Below, piece by piece: positions 1-12,700 of a stretch of DNA of 64,000 nt. The translations under genes and the position numbers were made by a program. This DNA is from the human T2T-CHM13v2.0 reference genome, Homo sapiens: NCBI RefSeq assembly GCF_009914755.1, contig NC_060929.1, one strand, 5' to 3'. Position 1 is the stretch's first letter. Each line of letters opens with the position of its first letter. Below the pieces are notes generated by a model. It had not been told where the DNA came from. It worked only from the letters and a program-made list of their open reading frames with translations, and made no database searches.

Positions 1-3000
1 AGTTGATTCCATTCCATTCTATTCCGTTTCATTCCATTCCACTCCATTCAATTCCATTCCAATCCATTCCATTCGGGTAGATTCCTTACCATTCCATTCC
101 ATTCCATTGCATTCCTTTCCATTCCATTCCATTCGGATAGATTCCATTCCATTCCATTCCATTCCACTCCATTCCATTCCATTCCATTCCACTGCACTCA
201 GGTTGATTCCATTCCCTTCCTTTCCATTCCATTGTATTCCATTCCTTTCCTTTCCATTCCATTCCACTCGGGTTCATTCAATTCCATTCCGTTCCATTCA
301 ATTCCATTCCCTTCCATTCCACTCGGGTTGATTCCATTCCTTTCCATTCCATTCGATTACATTCCCCTCCATTCCACTCGGGTTGATTCCATTCCACTCC
401 TTTCCATTCCATTCCATTCCCTTCCATTCCACTCGGGTTGATTCCATTACTTTCCCTTCCACTCGATTACATTCCCTTCCATTCCACTCGTAATAATTCC
501 ATTCCATTCCATTCCATTCCATTCCATTGCATTCCATTGAATTCCATTCCATTCCATTCCATTCCATTCCATTGCATTCCATTGAATTCCATTCCATTCC
601 ATTCCATTGCATTCCATTCCATTGCATTCCATTCCAATCCATTCCATTCCATTCCATTCCACTCGAGCTGATTCCATTCCATTCCATTCCATTCCATTCC
701 ATTCCATTCCATTCCGTTCCATTCCATTCCATTCCATTCGGGTTGATTCTGTTCAATTCCTTTACACTCCATTCCATTCCATTCCATTCCATTCCATTCC
801 ATTCCATTCCATTCCATGCCATTACATTCGGGTTTATTCCATTCCCTTCCATTCCACTCGGGTTGGTTCCATTCCAATCCATTCCATTCCAATCCATTCC
901 TTTATATTCCATTCCATTCTATTCCACTTGGGTTGATTGCATTCCATTCCATTCCATTTCATTCCATTCCCTTCCAGTCGGGTTGATTCCATCCCATCCC
1001 ATTCCATTCCTTTCCATTCCTTCCCATTCCATTGCTTTCCACTTTGTTTCACTCCATTCCATTCCATTCCGTTCCATTCCATTCCATTCCATTCCATTCC
1101 ATTCCATTCCATTCCATTCCTCTCGGGAAGATTCCATTCCATTCCATTCCATTCCATTCCATTCCATTCCATTCCGTTCCGTTCCATTCCATTCCATTCC
1201 ATTCGGGTTGATTCTATTCAAATCCTTTACAATCCGTACCATTCCATTCCATTCTGTACAATTCCATTCCATTCCAATCCATTCCAATTGGGTGGAATCC
1301 ATTCCATTACAATTCGTTCCATTCCATTCTCTTCCATTCCACTCTGGTTGATTCCATTACTTTCCCTTCCACTCGATTACATTCCCTTCCATTCCACTCG
1401 GAATCATTCCATTCCATTCCATTCCATTGCATTCCATTCCATTCCATTGCATTCCATTCCATTCCATTCCATTACATTCCATTGCTATCCATTCCATTCC
1501 ATTCCATTCCACTCGAGTTGATTCCATTCCATTCCGTTCCATTCAATTCCATTCCATTCCGTTCCATTCCATTCCGTTCCATTCGGGTTGATTCTATTTA
1601 ATTCCTTTACACTCCATTCCATTCCACACAATTCCATTCCATTCCACTCCTTTCCATTCCATTGCATTCCATTCCATTCCATTCCATTCCATTCCATTCC
1701 ATTCCATTCCATGCCATTACATTCGGTTTTATACCATTCCATTCCATTCCACTCGGGTTGGTTGCATTCCAATCCATTCCATTCCAATCCATTCCTTCAT
1801 ATTCCATTCCGTTCCATTCCACTTGGGTTTATTCCATTCAATTGCGTTCCATTCCATTCCATTTCATTCCATTCCATTCCATTCCATTCCATTCCATTCC
1901 ATTCCAGTCGGGTTGATTCCAGTCGATTCCATTCCATTCCTTTCCATTCCTTCCCATTCCATGGCTTTCCACTTTGTTTCACTCCATTCCATTCCATTCC
2001 GTTCCATTCCATTCGATTCCATTCCATTCCGTTCCTCTCGGGAAGATTCCATTCCATTCGATTCCATTCCATTCCATTCCATTGCTTTCCATTGCATTCC
2101 ATTCCATTCCATTCCATTCCATTCCATTCCATTCCATTCCATACAATTCCATTCCATTCCTTTCCATTCCATTGAACTGGGCTTGATTCCATTCCATTCT
2201 GGTCCATTCCATTCCATTCCATACCATTCCATTCCATTCCACTCGTGTTTATTCCATTCCATTCCATTCCATTCCATTCCATTGCATTCCATTCCATTCC
2301 ATTCCATGCCATTACATTCGGGTTTATTCCATTCCCTTACATTCCACTCGGGTTGGTTCCATTTCAATCCATTCCATTCCAATCCATTCCTTTATATTCC
2401 ATTCCACTCCATTCAACGTGGGTTGATTCCATTCCATTGCGTTCCATTCCATTCCATTTCATTCCATTCCATTCCACTCCATTCCCTTCCAGTCGGGTTA
2501 ATTCCATTCCATTCCATTCCATTCCTTTCCTTTCCTTCCCATTCCATTGCTTTCCACTTTGTTTCACTCCATTCCATTCCATTCCGTTCCATTCCATTCC
2601 ATTCTATTCCATTCCATTCCATTCCATTCCATTCCTCTCGGGAAGATTCCATTCCATTCGATTCCATTCCATTCGATTCCATTCCATTCCATTCCGTTCC
2701 ATTCCATTTCATTCCATTCGGGTTGATTCTATTCAAATCCTTTAAACTCCGTACCATTCCATTCCATTCCATACCATTCCATTCCATTCCATTCCAATCC
2801 ATTCCAATTTGGTGGAATCCATTCCATTCCAATTCGTTCCATTCCATTCCATTCCATTCCACTCTGGTTGATTCCATTCCATTTAATTCCATTCCAATCC
2901 ATTGAATTTCATCCCATTCCCTTCCATTCCAGTCGTTTCCATTCCATTCCATTCCATTCCACACGTGTTGAATCCACTCCATTCCATTTCAATATATTCC

Positions 3001-6000
3001 ATTCCAGTAAATTCCATTCCATTCCATTCCATTCAATTCCATTCCATTCCATGCCATTCCACTCGTGTTGATTACATTCCATTCCATGAAATTCTATTCC
3101 ATTCCATTCCATTCCATTCCATTCCATTCCATTCCATTCCATTGCATTTCATTCCATTGCACTCCATTCGATTCCATTCCATTAAATTCTATTCGTGTAG
3201 ATTCCATTCCATTGCCTTCGATTCCATTCCATTCCATTCCATACGGGTAGATTCCATTCCATTCCATTCCATTCCATTCCATTCCATTCCATTCCATTGC
3301 ATTCCATTCGGGTAGATTCCATTCCATTTCATTCCATTGCATTCCATTCCAATCCATTCCATTCCATTCCATTCCACTCTAGTTGATTCCATTCCATTCC
3401 ATTCCATTCCATTCCATTCCATTCCGTTCCCTTCCATTCCATTCCATTCCATTCCATTCTGGTTGATTCTATTCAATGCCTTTACACTCCATTCCATTCC
3501 ATTCCATTCCACACAATTCCATTCCATTCCATTCCATTCCATTCCATTCCATTCCATTCCATGCCATTACATTCGGGTTTATACCATTCCATTCCATTCC
3601 ACTCGGGTTGGTTCCATTCCAATCCATTCCTTTCCAATGCATTCCTTAGTATTCCATTCCATTCCATTCCACTTGTGTTGATTCCATTCCATTGCATTCC
3701 ATTCCATTCCATTCCATTCCGTTCCGTTCCATTCCATTCCATTGCATTCCATTCCAATCCATTCCATTCCATTCCATTCCACTCGAGTTGATTCCATTCC
3801 ATTCCATTCGATTCAATTCCATTCCATTCCGTTCCATTCCATTCCATTCCATTCCTCTCGGTAAGATTCCATGCCATTCGATTCCATTCCATTCGATTCC
3901 ATTCCATTCCATTCCATTCCGTTCCATTCCATTCCATTCCATTCTGGTTGATTCTATTCAAATCCTTTACACTCCATAACATTCCATTCCATTCCATACC
4001 ATTCCATTCCATTCCAATCCATTGCAATTGGGTGGAATCCATTCCATTCCAATTCGTTGCATTCCATTCCATTCCATTCCAATCGGGTTGATTCCATTCC
4101 ATTTAACTCCATTCCAATCCATTGAATTTCATCTCATTCCATTCCATTCCATTCCATTCCATAGCACACAATTCCATTCCATTCCATTGCATTCCATTCC
4201 ATTCCATTCCATGCCATTACATTCGGGTTTATACCATTCCATTCCATTCCACTCGGGTTGGTTCCATTCCAATCCATTCCATTCCAATCCATTCTTTACT
4301 ATTCAATTCCATTGCATTCCACTTGGGTTGATTCCATTCCATTCCATTTCATTCCATTCTATTCCATTCCATTCCATTCCAGTCGGGTTGATTCCATTCC
4401 ATTCCATTCCATTCCTTTCCATTCCTTTCCATTCCATTGCTTTCCACTTCGTTTCACTCCATTCCATTCCATTCCATTCGGGAAGATTCCATTCCATTCG
4501 ATTCCATTCCATTCCATTCCATTCCGTTCAATTCCAATCCTTTCCATTTCATTCCATTTCATTCCATTGCATTCCATTGCATTCCATTCCATTCCATTCC
4601 ATTCGGGTTGATTCCATTCCATTCCATTCTATTGTTTTCCATTCCATTGCATTCCATTCCATTGCTTTCCATTCCATTCCATTCCTTTCCATTCCATTGA
4701 ACTCGGGATGATTCCATTCCATTCTGTCCCATTCCATTCCATTCAATACCATTCCATTCCATTCCACTCATGTTTATTCCATTCCATTCCTTTCCATTCC
4801 ATTCCATTCCATTCCTCTCCTGTTGATACCATTCCAATCCATTCCATTCCATTCCATTCCATTCCATTCCACTCTTTTTGATTCCATTCCTTTCCAAACC
4901 TTTCCATTCCATTCCAGTCCATTCCATTCCACTCTGGTTGATTCCATTCCATTCCATTACATTCCATTCCATTCCCTTCCATTCCACTCGGGTTGATTCC
5001 ATTCCATTCAATTCCATTCCATTCCATTTAATTTCATTTCATTCCATTCCATTCCATTTGACTCCTTTCCATTGTATTCCATTCCAGTTTATTCCATTCC
5101 ATTAAATTCCATTTCATTCCATTCCATTCCATTCCTCTCGGTTTGATTCCATTGCATTCCTTTCCATTCCGTTCCATTCCATTCCACTCGGGTTGATTCC
5201 ATTCCACTCCATTCCATTCCGTTCAATTGAATTCCATTCCATTCCATTCCACTCCGCTTGATTGCATTCTATTCAATTCCATTCGATTCAGTTTGATTCC
5301 ATTCCGTTCCGTTTCATTCCATTCCATTCCATTCAACTCGGGTTTCTTCCATTCCATTTCATTCCATTCCATTCCATTCCAGTTGATTCCATTCCATTCC
5401 TTTACATTCCATTGCATTCCATTCCACTCGTGTTGATTCCATTCCATTCCATTCCTCTCCATTCCATTGCATTCCACTCCTTAGCTTTCCATTCAGGTTG
5501 CTCATCCCATTCCATTCCATTCCATTCCATTCCATTCCATTCCATTCCATTCCATTCCATTCGGGGTGATTCCATGTTATTCCCTTCGTTTCCATTCCTT
5601 TCCATTCCATTCCATTCCATTCCACTCGGTTTCATTCCATTCCATTCAATTCCATTCTATTGCATTCCATTCAAATCCTTTCCATTCCGCTCCATTCCAT
5701 TCCACTCACGTTCATTCCATCGCATTCCTTTCCATTCCATTCCATTCGTTTCCATTCCAGTGGGGTTGATTCCATTCCATTCAATTCCATTCCATTCCAT
5801 TTCATTCCATTCCATTCCATTCCATTGCATTCCGTTGTAATCCATTCCATTCCTCTCGCGTTGATTCCTTTCCACTCCATTCCATTCTATTCTATTCCAT
5901 TCCATTCCATTGCATTCCATTCCAATCCATTCTACTCGGGTTGATTCCATTCCATTCCAATCAATTCCATTCCATTCCACTGGGTTTGATTCCATTCCAT

Positions 6001-9000
6001 TCCATTCCACTCCATTCCGGTTGATTCCATTCTATTCCATTCCATTCCATTCCATTCCATTCCATTCCATTCCATTCCGATCCATTCCATTCCACTTGGC
6101 TTCATTCCATTAATTTGCATTCAATTCCATTTCATTTCCTTTCCATTCCACTCCGGTTAATTCCATTCCTTTCCATTCCATTCCATTCCATTCCCTTCTA
6201 TTCCACTCAGGTTGGTTCCATTCCATTCCATTCCATTCCATTCCATTCCAATCCATTCCATTCCATTCCGTTCCATTCGACACGAGTTGATTCGATTCCA
6301 TTCCAATCCATTCTATTCCATTCCATTCCATTGCATTGCATGCGTGGTGATCCATTCAATTCCATTCCACCCCATTCCACCCCATTCCATTCCACTCCTT
6401 TCCAATCCACTCCATTCCATTCCATTCCGTTCCGTTCCATTCCATTCCATTCCATTCCATTCCAATCCATTCCCTTCCATTGCCCTCGGAATGATTCCAT
6501 TCCATTCCGTTGCATTCCATTACAATCCATTGCATTACATTCCATTCCACTTGAATTGATTCTATTCCATTCCATTTCATTCCATTCCATTCCATTCCAT
6601 TCCATTCCGTTCCGTTCCGTTCCATTCCATTCCATTCCATTCAATTCGGGTTGATTCTATTCAATTCCTTTACACTCCATTCCATTCCATTCCATTCCAC
6701 AGAATTCCATTCCATTCCATTCCATTGCATTCCATTCCATTCCATTCCATGCCATTCCATTTGGGTTTATTCTATTCCATTCCATTCCACTCGTGTTTGT
6801 TCCATTGCAATATATTCCATTCCAATCCATTCCTTTCTATTCCATTCCATTCCATTCCATTTGGGTTGATTCCATTCCATTGCATTCCATGCCATTCCAT
6901 TTCATTACATTCCATTCCATTCCTTTCAATTCCATTCCATTCGGGTTGATTCCATTCTATTCCATTCCATTCCTTTCCATTCCTTTCCATTCTATTGCTT
7001 TCCACTTTGTTTCACTCCATTCCATTCCATTCCATTCCATTCGGGTATATTCCATTCCGTTTAATTCCATTCCATTCAATTTCATTCCATTCCATTCAAC
7101 AGGGGTTGATTCAGTTCCATTCCATTCCATTCCCTTCCATTACACTCGGGTTGATTCCATTTCATTCCATTCCATTCCATTCCTTTCCATTCCATTCCAG
7201 TTGATTCCATTCTATTACATGCATTCCATTCCATTCCAGTTGATTCCATTCCATTGCATTCCATTCCATTCCAGTTGATTCCATTCCATTCCATTCCATT
7301 CCATTCCTTTCTATTCCATTCCATTCCACTCGGGTTGATTCCACTCCATTCCATTTCATTATATTCCATTCCAGTAAATTCCATTCCATTCCATTCCATT
7401 CCACTCGGTTTGATTCCAATCCGTTCCATTCCATTCTATTCCATTCCATTCCATTCCATTCCATTGCATTCCATTCCATTCACATTCATTCCATTGGGGT
7501 TGATTCCATTCCATTCCATTCCATTCCAGTTGATTGCATTCCATTCTTTTCCATTCCATTCCAATCCGTTCCATTCCGTTCCATTCCACTCCGGTTGATT
7601 CCATTCCATTCCATTCCATGCCATTCCACTCGGGATGATTCCATTCCATTCAACTCCATTCCCTTCCATTCCATTCCATTCAACAGGAGTTGATTCCATT
7701 CCGTTCCAATCCATTTCATTACACTGCATTCCATTCAATTCCATTCCATTCCTTTCCACTCGGGTAGTTTCCATTCCATTCCATTCCATTCCAATCCATG
7801 CCATTCCATTCAGGTTCACTCAATTCCATTCCATTCCATTCCAATCCAGTTGATTCCATTCCAGTGAATTCCATTCCATTCCATTCCATTCCCCTTGTGT
7901 TCTTGCCATTCCATTAAATTCCATTCCATTCCTTTCCTTTCCATTCCACTCTGGTTGATTCCATTCCATTCCATTCCATTCCATTCCATTCCATTCCATT
8001 CCATTCCATTCCATTCTATTCCATTGCACTAGGTTTGATTCCATTCCATTACATTGCAATCCACTCTATTCAATTCCATTTCATTTCTTTCCATTCCATT
8101 CCATTCCATTCCACTCCACTCCACTCGGGTTCATTCCATTTCTTTCCATTCCATTCCATTCCCTTCCATTCCACTGGGATTGATTCCATTCCATTCTTTT
8201 CCATTCCATTCCTTTCCATTCCTTTCCACTCGGGTTGATTCTATTCCATTCCGTTCCATTCTGTTCCATTCCATTCCATTGCACTAGGTTTGATTCCTAT
8301 CCATTACATTCCAATCCATTCCATTCAATTCAATTTCATTGCTTTCCATTCCATTCCATTGGATTCCATTCAACTCCACTCCACTCGGGTTGATTCCATT
8401 CCTTTCCATTCGATTCCATTCCATTCCGTTCCATTCCATTTCATTCCACTCTGGTTGATTCCATACCGTTCCATTCGATTCCATTCCATTCCATTCCATT
8501 GCACTCGGGTTGACTCCACTCCATTCCATTCCATTCCATTTCACTCCGGTTGGCTCCATTTAATTCTTTTCCATTACATTCCATTCCACTCATTTCCATT
8601 CCTTTCCATTACAGTGTGTTGATTCCATTCCATCCCATTCCACTCAGACTCAATCCATTCCATTCCATTCCATTCCATTCCATTCCATTCCATTCCATTC
8701 CACTCTGGTTGTTTCCATTCCATTCCTTTCCATTCAATTCCATTCCATTCCACTCGCGTTCATTCCATTCGATTCCTTTCCTTTCCATTCATTCGATTGC
8801 ATTCCACTCCATTCCTATCGGGTTGATTCTATTCCATTCCATTCCATTCCATTCCATTCCATTCCATTCCATTCCATTGTCTTCTAGTTGATTCCATTCC
8901 ATTCCATTCCATTTAATTCCATTGCATTCCATTGCAATCCATTCCATTCCATTGCATTCCTCTTCATTCCATTCCACTCGGGATGAATCCATTCCGTTTC

Positions 9001-9775
9001 ATTCCATTCCGTTCCTTTACATTCATTTCCATTCCATTCCACTCTGGATGATTCCGTTCCATTCCATTCCATTCCATTCCATTCCATTCCATTCCATTCC
9101 TTTAAGTTCCATTCCCTTCCATTCCTCTTGGGTTGATTCCATTCCATTCCATTCCATTCCATTCCAATCCACTCTGGTTGATTCCATTCCATTCTATTCC
9201 ATTCCATTCCATGCCTGTTGATTCCATTCTATTCCATTCCATTCAGTCCCATTCCATTCCATTCCACTCCATTCATTTCTACTCTGTTTGATTCCATTCA
9301 ATTGCATTCCATTCAATTCCATTCCATTCCATTCCTTGCTTGTTGATTCCATTACATTCCATTCTATTGCATTCCATTCCATTGCATTCCATTTGGGTTG
9401 ATTTCATTCCATTCGTTTCAATTCCATTCCATTCCATTCCATTCTACTCGGGTTGTTTCCATTCCGTTCTTTTCCATTCCATTCCATTCCATGCTCGTTC
9501 ATTCCATTCCATTCCTTTCCTTTCCATTCCATTCGATTGCATTCCGCTCCATTCCATTCGGGTTGATTTCATTCCATTCCATTCCATTCCATACCATTCC
9601 ACTGCATTCCATTTGATTCCATTCCATTCCATTCCATTGCATTGCTATCCATTGCGTTCCATTGCATTCCACGTCATTACATTCCACTCGGGATGAATCT
9701 ATTCCGTTGCATTCCCTTCCATTCCATTCCATTCCATTCCATTCCATTCCATTCCATTCCATTCCATTCCATTCC
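1..9775 (+). repeat. Diverged, non-HOR HSat3 domain (older layer)
   Basis: The HOR landmarks (GATTACATCCTATT, ATTAAGCTCGTG, TAGATTCCATGGAATT, CCAAGAGAG) are absent. Different landmarks (ATGCCATTACATTCGG, TCTCGGGAAGATT, CTTTGTTTCACTCC) recur at irregular spacing. Confidence 0.9.
431..4800 (+). repeat. Mosaic of diverged ~0.6-0.9 kb modules
   Basis: ATTACTTTCCCTTCCACTCGATTACATTCCC occurs at ~446 and ~1356 (910 bp apart). ATGCCATTACATTCGG occurs at 816, 1711, 2306, 3561 and 4211. TCTCGG(G/T)AAGATT occurs at 1121, 2036, 2636 and 3856. GGTGGAATCC occurs at ~1291, 2811 and 4031. Confidence 0.8.
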
Positions 9776-12700
9776 ACTCGGGTTGATTACATCCTATTCC
9801 ATTTCATTCCACTCCTTTTGTTTCCATTTCTTTCCACTAGTGTTGATTCCATTCCATTCCGTTCCATTCCACTCGCGTTGATTCCATCCCTTTCCACTCC
9901 ATTCAAATCCATTCTTTGCCATTACTTTCCATTCCATTCCATTCCATTCTATTGCATTCCATTCCATTCCATTCCATTAAGCTCGTGTTGAGTCCCTTTC
10001 ATTCCATTCCATTCCATTCCATTTCATTCCATTCCATTCCATTCCCGTTGGGTTCACTCCATTCCATCCCTTTCCATTCCATTCCATTCCATACCATTGC
10101 TTTCCATTCCACTTGGGTTGACTCCATTCCATTACATTCCTTTCCATTCCATTCCATTCCTTTCCATTGCACTCGTGTTGATTCCATTCCATTCCATTCC
10201 ATTCCATTTCATTCCATTCCATTCCATTCCACTTTGGTTGATAATATTTCATTCCATTCCATTCCTTTTGATTCCATTCCATTCCACTCGTGTTGATTCC
10301 ATTCCATTCCATTCCATTCCATTCAACGCGGATTGAGTCCATTCCATTCAATTCCATTCCATCCCTTCCATTCCATTCCATTATATTCCACTAGGGGTGA
10401 TTCCAATCCATTCCATTCCATTCCATTCCTTTCCGTTCCATTCCATTCCGATCCATTCCATTCCAAGCGTGTTGATTCCATTCCATTTCTTTCCATTCCA
10501 TTCCTTTCCATTCCATTCCAAGCGTGTTGCTTCCATTCCATTTCTTTCCATTCCATTCCTTTCCATTCCATTATACTCGTGTTGATTCCTTCCCATTCCA
10601 TTCCATTCCATTTCATTCCATTCCACTCGTGTTGATTCCATTCTGTTCCATTCCATTCCATTCCACTCGCATGGATTTCATTCCATTCCTTTCCATTCCA
10701 TTCCTTTCCATTCCATACCATTCCTTTCCATTCCGTTCCATTCAATTCCATTCCATTCCACTCGTGTTGATACCAATTCATTCCATTCTATTCCTATCCA
10801 TTCCACTCCTGTTGATTCCAATCCATTCCATGCCATTCCATTCCATTCCATTCTATTCCATTCCATTCCATTCCATTCCATTCCATTCCCCACGTGTTGA
10901 TTTCCATCCATTCAGTTCTTTTCCGTCTCATTCCTTTCCTTTACATTCATGTTGTCGTCATTCCATTCCATTATATTCCAATCAATTCCATTCCATTCCT
11001 TTCCAGTAGCGTTGATTCCTTTGCATTCCATTCCATTCCATGCTTTCCACTCGATTTGACTCCAATGCATTCCATTCCATTCCTTTCAATTCCTTTCCAT
11101 TTCATTCCAATCGTGTTGACTCCAATCCATTCCATTCCATTCCATTCCACTCGCGTTGATTAGATTCCATGGAATTCCATTTCACTCCATCCCATTCCTT
11201 TCCATTCCATTCCACTCGTGTTGATTAGATTCCATGGAATTCCATTTCACTGCATTCTATTCCATTCCATTCCAGTCGGGATGATTCCATTTCTTTCCAT
11301 TCCATTAAATTCTGGTTGAGTCCATTTCATTCCATTCCATTCCATTCCATTCTATTCCATTCCGTTCCATTCCACTCGGGTTGACTCCTTTCCATTCCAT
11401 TCCTTTCCATTCTATTCCATTCCATTCCATTCCATTCCATTCCATTCCATTCCATTCCATTCCACTCGCGTTGATTCCATTCCATTGCATTCCGTTCCAT
11501 TCCATTCCGTTCCACTCGGGTTGATTCCTTTACATTCCTTTCCATTCCATTTCATTCCATTCCATTCCATTCCGTTCCCTTCCATTCCAAGAGAGTTGAT
11601 TCCCTTCCATTCCTTTCCAATCCATTCCATTCCATTCCATTCCATTCCATTCCGTTCAACTCGGGTTGATTCCATTCCATTCCATTCCACTCCATTCCAT
11701 TCCATTCCATTCCACTCGGGTTGATTTCGTCCCATTCCTTTCCATTTCATTCGTTTTGATTCCATTCCATTCCACTAGTGGTGATTCCCTCCCATTCCAC
11801 TCCATTCTATTCCATTCCTTTCTATTCCATTCCATTCCATTCCCTTCCACTCTGGTTGATTCCATCCCATTCCACTCCATTCCATTCCATTCCATTCCAT
11901 TCCATTCCATTCCATTCCATTCCATTCTATTCCCTTCCATTCTATTCAATTCCATTTCATTCCATTCTATTCCATTCCATTCCACTCGGGTGGATTCCAT
12001 TCCATTCCATTCTATTCCATTCCATTCCATTCCATTCCATTCCATTCCATTACATTACATTACATTCCCCTCAGGTTGATTCCATTCCATTCCTTTCCAT
12101 TCCATTCCATTCCTTTCCATTCCATTCCATTCGATTCCATTCCACTCAGGTTGATTTCATCCCATTCCACTCCATTCCATTCCATTCCATTCCATTTCAT
12201 TCATTTCGATTGCGTTCCATTTCATTCCTTTCCATTGCATTCCATTCCACTCGTGTGGATTCCATTCCAATCAAATCCATTCCATTCCATTCCATTCCAT
12301 TCCTTTCCATTCCATTGCTTTCCATTCCATTCCATTCCATTAAATTCGGATTGATTCCATTTCATTCCATTCCATTCCATTCCGTTCAATTCCATTATAT
12401 TCCCTTGCATTCCATTCCATTCCATTCTATTCCATTCCATTCCATTCCACTCGGGTTGATTCCTTTCCTTTCCAGTCCTTCCCATTCCATTCCATTCTAT
12501 TCTATTCCATTCCATTCCATTCCACTCGGGTTGATTCCTTTCCATTCCATTCCATTCCATTCCACTCGCGTTGATTCCATTGCATTCCATTCTATTCCAT
12601 TCCATTTCATTCCACTCGGGTTGATTCCAAACCATTCCACTCCAATCCGTTCCATTCCATTCCATTCCAATCTATTCCATTCAATTTAATTGCATTCCAT

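Noticed and set aside
11164-11180. Possible canonical heat-shock element at TTCCATGGAATTCC
   Set aside because: An HSE needs alternating nGAAn units with 2-bp gaps (GAAnnTTCnnGAA). Here TTC-GAA are 4 bp apart and GAA-TTC are 0 bp apart.
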